Source: Selaginella moellendorffii | Lineage: Eukaryota > Plantae > Lycopodiophyta | DNA length: 64,000 nucleotides | Assembly (NCBI RefSeq): GCF_000143415.4 | Contig: NW_003314275.1 | Span: 1,617,955 to 1,681,954, forward strand | Reading direction: 5' to 3' | Shown: positions 36,301-47,772 of the stretch, piece by piece | How positions within the stretch are numbered: the stretch's first letter is position 1 | Layout of the letters: each line of letters begins with the position of its first letter | Notes under the pieces: generated by a model | The model's input: only the letters and a program-made list of their open reading frames with translations | What the model was told of the DNA's origin: nothing | Databases searched by the model: none | Translations under genes and position numbers: made by a program

Positions 36301-37354
36301 GCCTTCCCTACAGTAGTTTCTGCGAAAAAACAACAAACATTAGATTCGAGTTGAAAACAACGTGGAGGGGTTACCCGCTTGTGCATGACTGCGTCGATAC
36401 AGGTGAAGGACAATATTGACCCGGCTCACAGTATACTCCGGGAGAACTGGTTACATCGGCCCATCTATCCGCTCCTCCACACACGACATTAGGACTTCGA
36501 CCATAACCATATCTATAGAACAGGGGAACGTGATAGATAAAGAACGTCGAAAGCATATCTTACGGATCACAGTTGCCGCTGGTCTCGTTGAAAATCGCTC
36601 TTGGACAATAAGCTCCCAACGGGCAAGCTGCGCAAAACCACGTTAAAACGTCTTCTCAAGTAACTAAACGAACGTACGAATCATGCAGCTGAGTCCTTGA
36701 GGACAAAAGAATCCATCGCAGCACGGCTGAGGGTTTAAGTTCCGAACCGGAATCTCGTCTGGGATTTCGGTTTGGGACACGCTACTGGCCCATCCAGCCT
36801 CGCACCCATCCGACCAATTCGAGACATTGCAGTTCAAGTTTTGTTCGACAGAGTGACCGGTGCTTTGGAGCGATTTAAAGTACAACTCAATCTCCGCCCT
36901 GCCGCAGAGCCGGGTCAAGAGACTCCCACCTGTAATAAAAGTAAAGTCAGGAATTCCATCCCAGGAAAGCAGGCATTTGCTTTACCGTTTGCGCAGTCTC
37001 TGATAAAGGAATCGTCTTTGTAGTCGAAAGCTAAATCTCTATCTTCGTTACTGCATCCATCCAAAGGAAAGTTAGAAGGATGGAAAGAAATGAGAGGGGA
37101 AAAATAAAAAGCGCCACTCACCCATTGACGATGCAAAAGCTGAACTTCGATGCCACTTCGTCTGTGAGCTGCTGTGTCCTATTTCTGAGAAGGGCTCTAG
37201 CTTGGAGCTCTGGTGAGAAGGGAGATCCAGGGTCGAAAGGCGGAGGAATCACAGACGGCAACGGTGGAGCCAAACCACCAAACTGCTGAGCTCTCGCCAA
37301 TGCAAGCCATAGAAATATCACGAACGCTAGACCCTGAGCGATCTTTCTCCCCAT
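33389..37354 (-). CDS. ABCG half-transporter with Cys-rich N-terminal ectodomain (ABCG24/28-like)
   Basis: Signal peptide; [88 protein letters not shown]. Confidence 0.95.
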
Positions 37355-38120
37355 ATTCCACTCTTTCCCGCGATCCCGGCCCCTATTCTACCGCTTCCAG
37401 CTCCTAATCGATCAAGAATCCCGAAATCTCTGCCCGGCGCCTCCAAGAACACACCGTATTCGTGGATCTTGACCTGGAAAGCACTGGAACTATCGCGGTG
37501 AACTGCCGTGTCCGCCAAACAAGACGGGCATTGCGTTTACCTGTTCTTGCCACACGAATCGGTTGACTCGAGAGAGATTCCAGCGCCGTGGTGGCGCCGC
37601 AACGCCTGTTGACGGATTCCAGAAAGGGCTAGCCGCTATCGATAGGCGAGGCGCGGCCGATCCCTCCATCGCTTCCCTCCCTCACAGACGTGACAAAGAA
37701 AAATCATAAGAAAGAAAAGTATAGACTATTTCAAACGTGAGAGTGAGAGGCCGTCGGTCTCGGGAATCGAACCCAGGCCTCTGCGCTAAAGGCATTTTGG
37801 CTGATTATTCTTGTCGGAATCGGCGTGCCTGTTAGATTTTGTTCCCCTGCCACGTGGTTAACGATCCAGCAATCCCAGGCACCCAAATTCCGGGATGGAA
37901 TTCGCTACCGTACAAGGCACTAGCATTTCCCAAGAAGTTGTCATGAGCTACTCGTGAAGGTGTCCAGGCCATCCTCGGCAATGAAAATCCTCCTCCCTCC
38001 AAAATCCCCGCTAGAAAAAAGAAACGCTTTTCTTTGCCGGATTCGCGTCTCTTCAACACTGTGCTTTGCGCAGCTGCGATAGAGATGTTATTATTAAAGG
38101 AAAAACCACCAGGCCGGACC

Positions 38121-39781
38121 TTATAGCTCTCTAGTTTTTCTTCGCAATTCGTTTAGCTCCTTTTCGATCTCGACGTCTGCGAATGCGTTGCTGCCAACGG
38201 GGGATCGCCCAGCCGGGAGCTCGCCAGCTTTCTGAATGAGTGAGACCAGTAGGAAAGCTTTAGATTAGACCCACGAAAATGTGAAAGAGAGAGAGTGCGA
38301 GAGACACATACCTTGGAAGTACCAAGCATGTCTTGCTTTAGCGCCGCGAGGTCGTCATCAACACTGTCGCTCTCCAGTAGAGCAAACTGTTTCAAGGACA
38401 ATGACAATATCGCGTGAAAAAATTACTTAAGAAAGAAGAACCATTCTCTAAGCATACCTTTCCAGCGAGCTCGTCCGTGTTGAGCTCGTTCAATGAGTCG
38501 GCTTCTGCTTCCAGGGCGGTCACTGGAGAAGAGCGCGAGAAACAGTGATGATTGTCCACGTAGTTGAAGATTACCTTTCTCTTCCATTTTCTCAAAGGCT
38601 GCCAAAGCACTGCTCGTGTTGATGTTTCCCAGCATCTCATTGACCTTTTGCGACGTTCTGTTCACCGAATAGTTTAGCTGACTGTATCAATAATGGATGC
38701 GGCAAAACACACCTTGCAGATTGCGCTCTGGCTTTCAGAGTATCCTTTTTCGACCTGGCCTCTTGAATCTTGCTCTCGAGAAGCTGCACGTGTAACACAA
38801 ACGCTTAAGCACGAAATTCACCGACAACAAAACACTGTACTCTAGTGCTGGATATCAACTTCTCCACGACGGACTTTTGTTGGTCAAGCTGCGTCCTCAG
38901 CGCCTTAGCATTTTCCTGCCGGACAGACAAATCATTGAAGCAAAAGCTCGAACGTGGCTAAAAGAAAAGCTATGAACCTCGTAATCTTTTCTCCTCTTCA
39001 AGGCTTCTCGGGCAAGAACTTCGTCTCCCTTTTCCAGTGCCAGTTTTGCTCTTTTATACCTACAAAATCAATAATTTAGCACCAGCTTAGAGAGAGTGAG
39101 AACATGTATACCAGCTTTGAGAGTTCTCTTCGGCCTGCCTATACTTGTTCTCTAGTTGTTTCTGAGATGCTAATACCTTCAAAGAAGTTATTGAAGATGT
39201 AAGTTGCGATTCAATAAAAACAAAAACTAGAAGGCTTCAAACCTGGGCAGATGCCTGACGCATTTTGATGAGATCCTCATTCATCTCGAGCACTGTCTGA
39301 TCAAGCAGCTTTTCTGGATCCTCGGCAGCACTTACCGCAGCATTTACGTAAGACTTGGCTTGAAAAGAAAACTCATCAGCGTCTAGACAAAGCTAAAAAA
39401 ACATTGGTTTTTCCATTGCATACCCGGACTACTCTAATAACTCGCTCAAAAATGTTCATTCGAGCCCCCATTGCCCCTTGTCCATCCCGGCTCGACGAAG
39501 CCACCACTGTTGCCAGCAGCGAAATTCCATTTCCTGGAGAAAATCAAGAAAATTTAGAGTGGAAGAATTTTTTTCTAATAAGCAAACAAACCTCCATTGA
39601 AAAATCTAGAGCGCGAAGATAAGCTTAGTTGCGAGCTGTGAAGAAACATTCCCCGGGACTGAACAGTGAGATTTCGCCTTGCCACAAGTGTCACCGGCGA
39701 GAATTGGCACTTGCATGACGCTCCAAAGCTCGATCCAGTCGCCTTGCCCCCGCACACAATCGGAGCTCCAATCGCGGCCAT
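38121..39781 (-). CDS. VIPP1: VIPP1/IM30 (PspA family) chloroplast membrane protein, multi-exon
   Basis: [80 protein letters not shown]-terminal [12 protein letters not shown] helix. Confidence 0.96.
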
Positions 39782-40037
39782 CGCGGACGCCAAATCCTAG
39801 TTTCTAGAGCCCCATTCTCTGCCCCATCGCCACATCCAAACCCTAACCCACCACAGCAGCGCTAATGGAGAATTCACCGCCTCGACCGCGCGAGACGAAG
39901 AAAGAGAGAAGTATCTAGGGCTATGGAGTAATTAGGGTTTATGAAACGCTCAAACCAGAGCCAGCCACGTGGAAGACCAGATAAGCAGCCGTGGCAGCCA
40001 CGTCATATCCACGTGTCGGCCACATCAAAACCTCGCT
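39782..40037. promoter_or_regulatory. Candidate bidirectional light-responsive promoter between VIPP1 and CHLM
   Basis: ACGT/G-boxes GCCACGTGG at 39964, GCCACGTCA at 39997 and CCACGTGTC at 40009; I-box core GATAAG at 39980; telo-boxes at 39838 and 39932. Confidence 0.65.
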
Positions 40038-40973
40038 ATGGCGTTCTCCTCTTCGCTCCTCCCAGCTCCGCCATTTGCCGCCCGCACCGCCGCCCAATCG
40101 CCGCCTCCCCGGCGCCTCCACCGAGGGCGATCGATCTGCAATGCGTCACTGGAGGAGCCCAGCAGCCTGAGCTTCGCACTGGTGAGTGGCGGAGTGATAG
40201 CAGCGCTGGCGGCGACGCTGTCCCTGGCGGATCCCGAGCGGCGGAGGCAGCGGCAGGCGGCGGGCGTGGCTGGCGGGGACGAGAAGCTCGTCGTCAAGGA
40301 CTACTTCAACACTGCCGGATTCGAGCGGTGGAAGCGCATCTATGGCGAGGCCGAGGACGTGAACTCCGTCCAGCTGGATATCCGCCAAGGCCACGCACAG
40401 ACCGTGGAGAAGACCCTCTCGCTGCTCGCCCGAGATGGATCGATCCAAGGCCTTTCCTTCTGCGACGCTGGCTGTGGAACTGGAAGCCTGGCCATCCCTC
40501 TAGCTCTGCGAGGAGCCACCGTCTTCGCCAGTGACATATCCTCGTCCATGGTTGCCGAAGCCGAGAGACGAGCTCGAGAGGCGCTCAAGTCGGATCCAGC
40601 ATTGCAGCTGCCAAAGTTTTCTGCCCAGGATCTCGAGAGCCTGAGTGGGAAGTACCACACCGTTGCCTGCCTCGACGTTCTCATCCACTATCCCCAGGAC
40701 AAAGCCGACGGGATGATCCGCCACCTCGCGTCCCTGGCCGAGAGCCGGTTGATCATCAGCTTTGCGCCGAAGACGTGGTACTACTCCCTGCTCAAGCGAA
40801 TCGGGGAGCTCTTTCCCGGGCCCTCGAAAGCTACCAGAGCTTACTTGCATGCCGAGGAGGACGTCGAGGCCGCCTTGAGAGCGGCTGGGTGGATCGTTCG
40901 TAACCGAGACATGACTGCCACCAGGTTCTACTTCTCGAGATTGTTGGAGGCGGTTCCTGTAGGATCTGCTTGA
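40038..40973 (+). CDS. CHLM: Mg-protoporphyrin IX methyltransferase, intronless
   Basis: LADPERRR, VVKDYFNTAGFERWKRIYG, CDAGCGTGSLAIPLA, CLDVLIHYPQ, FPGPSKATRAYLH. Confidence 0.98.
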   Translation: MAFSSSLLPAPPFAARTAAQSPPPRRLHRGRSICNASLEEPSSLSFALVSGGVIAALAATLSLADPERRRQRQAAGVAGGDEKLVVKDYFNTAGFERWKRIYGEAEDVNSVQLDIRQGHAQTVEKTLSLLARDGSIQGLSFCDAGCGTGSLAIPLALRGATVFASDISSSMVAEAERRAREALKSDPALQLPKFSAQDLESLSGKYHTVACLDVLIHYPQDKADGMIRHLASLAESRLIISFAPKTWYYSLLKRIGELFPGPSKATRAYLHAEEDVEAALRAAGWIVRNRDMTATRFYFSRLLEAVPVGSA

Positions 40974-41085
40974 ATGAATCTCACACTTGCAAGCGATTAG
41001 GCTGGAGATAAGTACAAACTTACTCGGAGACTTGGTACAAAGAAGAGGAAAAAAAAAACATTATTTTTCAGATATGAACATAAGA

Positions 41086-42465
41086 TCACTCAACTTTCTT
41101 TGCGTCCTCGCATTTCAATGCTTTCAATTTACGGTACCCCTTGTCAGTCCCGAATATCCTGCAAAAACTCGGTCAGCCACGCCACCAAGAAGAATGCTAC
41201 AGCTTACCAATCCATGTACGTGAAAGTCGATGCGTAGTTTCCGGATTTCGTGAAAAGCAGCCGATGATGATAATCGTGAAAGTCCGCTCTACGAGAAGAT
41301 ATAGGTATATCATTGACCATTCCGAAAAAAAGTAAACAAAAACAAAAGCTGGACCCGACATACCCTCCGTAGATTGGAAGAAATCTCGAAAGGCTCCACG
41401 GGAAGTCATAGCCGCAGTGAGCTTCAACCGTCTCGAGTACTCTTACGCTCATCCACAACCACAGCGTTATCAAATGCGGTCCCGTAATAGCGGGCCCAAA
41501 AATCGTCGCAAAACCGAGAAAGAGAATTTCTGCTGGATGAGCATACTCCGATGTCAAACCAAAGGGAGTGGCATATCTGTAAGCCCAGAAATGCACCATT
41601 GTCACGCTTGAAAGAGGAGAAACAATGTCACTTACTCGTGATGAACGCTGTGAACGTGCTTATAAAGCCATTTCGTGTGCAGGACCCGATGGCCCCAGTA
41701 GAAGATGAAGTCTTCGAGAATGAAGTACGAAACAATTTGGAAGAGAACGGTCTTCCTGCAAAACCAGCGTCCATCAAACCAGACTCGTCAACGAAACAAA
41801 ACGTGGCTTACCATGAAGGAAAGGGCAATGTACTTCTGAAGCCCATGTACTTGAACGCTGGATAGGAAACAACCATGAGCGGCAGATTGACGCAGGTGTG
41901 GTACAACAACAAACGCAAGATGCACTTCTCCTGTGCTGCCGGTGTGTTCATCTTGCCCTGCTCGCTATCGTTAGAACAAGCTCTCATCGAAAAAGAAAGG
42001 AAAACAAAGAGAAAGAGTCCTCGTACCTGGATCTTATACTTCGTCATCCCCCACTTCTCCATCATAAGGTAGGGAATCCCGGACAGGAAAAAAACACTCT
42101 CATGAATGATAAAGCTGCCCAGTGATGCTAGCTGAAAATCACTGAAGTTATTGATCAAGTACTGCAATACACAGCGAAAGATAAATGGTTAGTTTCTAGC
42201 CGGAAGAACAAAACTCTCAAAAAACCAAGACCAAAAAAAGAAAAAGAGAAGATGTTCACGAGCAACAATCAAGTCAGCTGTGCAAGCATCGCGACTTGAA
42301 ACGAAATCTCGCGAGTAATTCGATGTGCTGTGCCTCGGAACTGGATGCGCGGCATTAGAGGCAGCATGCATCCCGATTGTGAAATGAGGCACAGAGAAAC
42401 GCGAAATATCTCCACAACAAGCAAGACCGACATACCAGCCACGCCGTTTCCAGCGCCGAAGCCAT
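41086..42465 (-). CDS. SMO2: Sterol 4-alpha-methyl oxidase (SMO2 type)
   Basis: FSDFQLASLGSF, EDFIFYWGHRVLH, VHSVHH, YATPFGLTSEYAHPAE, EAHCGYDFPWS, FHDYHH His boxes. Confidence 0.95.
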
Positions 42466-42719
42466 TCCTCCTCCGCCTCTCCAGCCCTCGCCCCTAATCT
42501 CCTCGCGCTTCGCTCGCCAGATCTTTCCTGCATTACAACATCACGATTCAGCGCATCCACCAGTGCCAGTCGATTGAATCTACATTGGCACAGCGGGGAG
42601 GAGCACGCTCGTCGCCGCTCTCGCCGCTCTCGCCGCTCAAAGCTTCCTCTACACCCTAAGATATAAAAGGTAAAACATAAAATTATAAAGGTCCTTTACA
42701 CTGTTAGTTTAAAAAGCTT

Positions 42720-44968
42720 TCACGAGTGGAGATCAAGGATCAAACACCCGGGATTTACTTCCGACCATTTCAGTCCCTTTCGATTCATGTAAGCGATGAT
42801 CTGGAACAAAAAAAATCCGAGTAGAACTTCGTTGCGATCAACTGGAAACAAGCAAACAAAAACTCACAGCTGGCTTTAACTTTGGCTTCCCGTTTGCTGC
42901 GTGATTGCCACTGCCAGTGATCACAGTGAGCGTGTGCACAGCTGTGGAGAAAGCAAGAACACACGACTATCAGCTCCAGATCAAACACGAGGATTGGAGG
43001 AAAAAGGACAAAAAGAAGATCTAGCTTACAAGTTATGGCTTGGAGAGCGTCCAAGTGGAGCTTAAACAAGCGCAGTGCTTCGTCTACGTGTTGCGCGTGT
43101 AAATCAATCGTTATGTTGTTGTTATAGCCATTGTTCCTGCATGGGTTTGGACCATTTAGTCGAGAGAAACTCGAAAGACTAGAAAGTGGATTACTTGGTA
43201 CGAAAAATTCTTTTGCTTTCTCTGTCTCTCGCCTGCAAAGCCAGCTGCCTGTACTTCCGGCCCTGCAAAAGTGTGTAATAGAGAAAACAGTAAACGGAAA
43301 ACCAGAAAATGGAAACAAAGGAAAAACGCTTGAGATGTTTTCTCAAAAACTTGGTTACCTTCTCTGAGAGATGACTTGCTAGGCTCCGGTGACCGCTTGA
43401 ATAAGCTGCTGTAGCCTGGAAAACAAAGGTGATCCTATGCCATTTGCACAAGCATTGCATGATACAGACCTTTAAGAAGCAATCCTTCATTATCGACCAG
43501 TATTCGACTGCGCTTGCGTGCTCAGGCTCCAAGTTGTCCCGTCCATCTTCGATAAATCAATGTGTCAGTCCTCTCACGAAACACAACGAGGCGTACCCTT
43601 TGAAATTTTGTCATCGATCTTCGACGGCCTTCTTGGTGCCTTGGGCTTGACTTTAACTTCTGTCCAATCGGATTCTTTCTCGATCCGTGGATCGGGAGGC
43701 TTGAAAACTTTTTTGAGGAACTCTTGAGCGACGTCTTTCATTGGCGTCAGGCCCGCCTCGGACAGATAGTTCATTGCCGCGCTGCATAATACATTTTGTT
43801 TTTTCTTGCAAAAGTTCTTCACATACAAGTACCTGAAATCATTCTCGGTTGTTTTTAAGACCTCTTCGAGTGTCCTCGGGTCAACACTCGGGAAAGAGGA
43901 TTTTAGTTTTTCTAAAACCTCCTGCAGAAAAGAAAATGTAATGACAACATTAAGAACAAAAATGCCAATACCGAGCATAAAACTTCAGTCGCAAGCACTT
44001 GGTAAGACGACTCCTTTCCTTTCGTGAGCTGGTTTACATCGAGCAACTTGTTTGTGGCCAATTCCAATTGACTTCCGTGCTCCTGGAGAAAAACACTAGG
44101 TCCGTGACCAACAACAAACTTCACAAAAAACCTTGTCAATTCTTTCAACGTCCTCCGGATACTTGTCAGGAAAGGCTTCCCAGAGAGCAAGAACATCGTT
44201 TCGTTCTTCCACCTCCCGCTCGTCGGCGGTAGCCTCGCTCGACATAATCGCCAGTAGAGAATCCAGACTCTGCCAGTAACTGTAACACGTAAATGCAAGG
44301 ATAAATCATGCAAACGCAGGCATACAAAAGAGAGAAGAACTAAACAATCATATGAATCTTAGTCACGTACTCTCTGTGGATCGCCCTCACACTCGTCTGG
44401 AACAAGACAAGAAAGAATTAAAATCAAATCTAGCAGTAACATAAAAATAATCGTACTTACATATAACATCGCGAACAACGTCCATTCCAAGGTCGCCACT
44501 TAGCATAGAAAGAAGAAATTCTTCAAGCTCTTTGTTGTCGTTCTTTGGAACTTCTTCTTCCTTTGGCGAGAGCTCTTCAAGCCCATTCATCATCTTCTTC
44601 TTCTGATGCTTCCTCTTGCGTTTCTTTCCAGTGTCGGAGCAAGCTCGGACACTGGAAACGGTGCCCGAGCGGGCCACAGTAGTCCATTTCCTGGAACGAG
44701 ACCTTCCTAGCAAATTTCTAGGAGAACCTTCGTGATCGTCCTCGCAAACCTGGCCCGAGCTCAAAACCTCGTCGCATTTCCCGTGAGCTACTGGAGATGC
44801 CCCATTTCCTTCGCTGCTACCTGAGATTTGCTGCTCCAGCGCCCCCGCGGCGGCATTCACGCTTCCATCCGCGGCATTGTACGCCGCGACGATCGATTTG
44901 AGCGACAGCTGAGGGAACGCCTCTCGCAGAAGGCGCAGCTCCAAAAATTCGTCCTCGATCACCGCCAT
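42720..44968 (-). CDS. Smr-domain protein (CUE-like + DUF1771 + Smr)
   Basis: L.EAFPQLSL N-terminus, ATAAYSSGHR.LA..LSEKGR, ITIDLHAQHVDEAL, LTVITGSG.HS, W.EVNPG. Confidence 0.88.
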
Positions 44969-45025
44969 GGCAAAAACCCTAACGCGGAATCTTTCAAGTG
45001 GCCGTCCATTTCTATACAGTATCTC

Positions 45026-46615
45026 TCAAAAAACGCCGTCCTCTTTCATCTTTGCGTTGCCGGTCGGGCCCGAGGGAAAGTAGTCGAATCTTTCGAAGCT
45101 CCCTGGTGGGGACGAAGATGGCGACGCTACTCTCGGGCGAGCTTTGCCTTGGATCGTGGCTGGGCTCAAGGAGCCTTCGACTGGAAGCAAAAAACTTGTA
45201 AGAGTTTAAACTCTTAAGTCGTAGCGAAGCGAAAGAAGAAAGAGTTCTCGAGAGCTTACTTTGCCACTCCCAGACGATCCGTGACTCGCCCCTGACGAGC
45301 TTTGGATGCTGGTCAATCCGTGAATCCTCGAGGACCAGGCGCTCCACCTGCGAGCGAAGTTTGATAAGAGAGATGGTCTTTATTTTTTTCGTTTTGTCTA
45401 CCTCGAGCCACAACGCACGGTTCCTTCTCTCGCTTGGCCGGAGGAGATGGTCACGGAGCCGAGAAGCCACAATCCAACGTTCGCTTCCCGGACTGCTGCC
45501 AAGCTGCGTTGCTTTTGCCTCCAATGCTTCGCAAACCTGGTAAGACTTGTAGATTGGAAACAACTACGGAGAAAAAGTTCAGTTACCTGTGCATAGAGCT
45601 CTTCCGCTCGGTTTAGTCTCGATTTGTATCGCCAATACTTGATGACAAAGGAAGCCGATACGTAAAGCTAGAAACGAGAACGGATGTCTTGAGGAGGAAA
45701 GTCTTATAAAAAAGCGTAGACAATACCACTGGAATCGTCATTAGCAGCTTCAAAAAGTTCTTAAACAACCATTCTCGAAGTCTGCATCCAAATGGCTTGT
45801 AGGCATCCACAAGATCAGCTGGACAGCAGAAAACACGCACGCTGCAAAATTACAAGGATTTGAGAATTAAACTCTCTTGACAATGATCACGCACTTACTG
45901 ACCCGTGAATCTTCGTCTCCAGCCAATGCGAGGCAATTCCAATGGCTTTTTCCTGAACTAGCCACAGCGTCGGACCTTGCAGCTTCGATGTTACCGGTGT
46001 CATAGCATCTAGAATTTCACCTTCCGAGAGCTGCAAGAGAAACGAGATGAAAGAAAAAGCCATGGAAGAACGAATGCGAGGAGCAAACAAAGCTAAAAAT
46101 CACGAACGAACATACCCATACAGTAGTTCCTCCATCACAGACTGATTGTCCATTGATGGTACAAATATGATCCATCATCAGCCCAGCCTGGCTCGAAAGA
46201 AAAAGAGGAAACTTTACTGGAAAAGAGCAGGAGAACTTACGAGCTTTTCAGCGCTCTTCTCGATCAAGCTATCCTCCACGCAATGCTTCCCACGCCGCCT
46301 AAATCCCGTGAGACATTCCAGCTGCCCGTACTTGCAAATCCCATGCTCGGGACACGGGATGCAATTCTCTGCGCAAATCCGATCATTGAGGATCACATTA
46401 CTCTCAGCCTTACCGAAAGACCCGCTGTTGGTGTCGCAGAAGGGGAGATACAAGCCGCCGATCCAGCTGCAAATCTTGAGTGTGGAGGCAGCGACAATGA
46501 CGGCCACTACCAGAATCGCGATTAGCTGCCATGCCTGCTCCGCCGATGGCAGCGATCGCTCGTCCAAAGGCTGTGGAACCCTAGCTCTCCTCTTGGCGGG
46601 AGATTTCGACGCCAT
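45026..46615 (-). CDS. Inner nuclear membrane MAN1/Src1 C-terminal-domain protein
   Basis: TM helix followed by PFCD, CIPCPEHGIC..GQLEC..GF, second TM, WIVASRLRDHLL, VERLVLEDSRIDQHPKLVRGESRIVWEWQ. Confidence 0.87.
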
Positions 46616-46743
46616 GAAAGAAAAACCCTAAACTTCATCAAAAGAACTTTGAGTCCGCATTAAAAATAAAGCATTCGGCTTTATAAATATTAGGGCTTAG
46701 GTTAATTTTAGGGTAACTACGTCGGTTTCCGGCACTAGTGGCG

Positions 46744-47559
46744 ATGGGCAGAGACCGTGGCAAAAATTGCGCCAAGTCTCAAAGGAAGGAGATTGAGCAT
46801 GCACTTACTGAGACGAAGTTGCAAAAGCAACGACGAGATGAGGAATTATCGAAAATCGCTCATATCATTCTTGTTGTTCTAAGGTAATGACGACGCAAAT
46901 TTGATCAGAGGGCCTCTTTTCATAATGTTCCTTCTTGTAGAGACTATGAGCGTCCTAGACAGTTTGAGTATTCGAAACAAGCTTATGCCTTGAAAGCAAT
47001 ATGGAATTATCTTTCCGATGATTGTGAGATCAGCCAGGAAATACAGGACGGTTTGTTCCTCCTATTCCAGAAGCTGCGTTTCCCCGAAGGCCAACAGAAG
47101 ATCGACATGGAATTGGATAAGAAATCTCTGAAAGTAGCAACATCTGAGGCTTCACCAAAGGTGATGCCATTTTCTTGGGACCAAAGCTCACATTATTATG
47201 CAGGTCTTCTGTAACATCCTTATGGATGGGTGGAGCTTATTCAGGCAAAAATTCGAGCACAAGCCTCTAGTGGTCTACCAAGCTGGAAAAAAGGTCCTGA
47301 ACTCATGGACTAATCTAGAATTCACCAAGGGAATCCAGGCTATGAAACAGGATCTTCTGTGGAAGGTGTATTTGAGTATATGGTATCTACGTGTCATGTA
47401 TGATTTAATCATTTATTTACTTGCAGAGAATTGTAGAACACGTAGAAAGCTCACGAGCAGCTGCTTCAAACAATGATCCAGGGGCTAATCAGGTTTGATG
47501 TGTCTTCCTTTTGATGATTAGAGTCTTAGATGTTGTATTTCAGGGAGAAGAAAGCTTAA
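46744..47559 (+). CDS. Hypothetical multi-exon protein divergent from the MAN1-like gene
   Basis: ATG at 46744, in-frame GT-AG splicing (46883-46940 and later introns), open exons up to ~47.5 kb. No recognisable motif; 3' end uncertain. Confidence 0.45.
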
Positions 47560-47772
47560 CATCTTAATGACAGTCACTGGGCTGGTCTATGACAGGTAGA
47601 AAGTTGATAGCTTTTGTAATTTCATCTTCCTAACACAAGATAACAATGTCTCACAGTATAGATTGGAGGTAACCATCAGTAGCAAATTATCTTTGCTCAC
47701 AAACAATATTTACTTAGTATTTTAGTTTATAGATTATAAACAGCTAATGATCTTAAACATGCAAACATTTAA

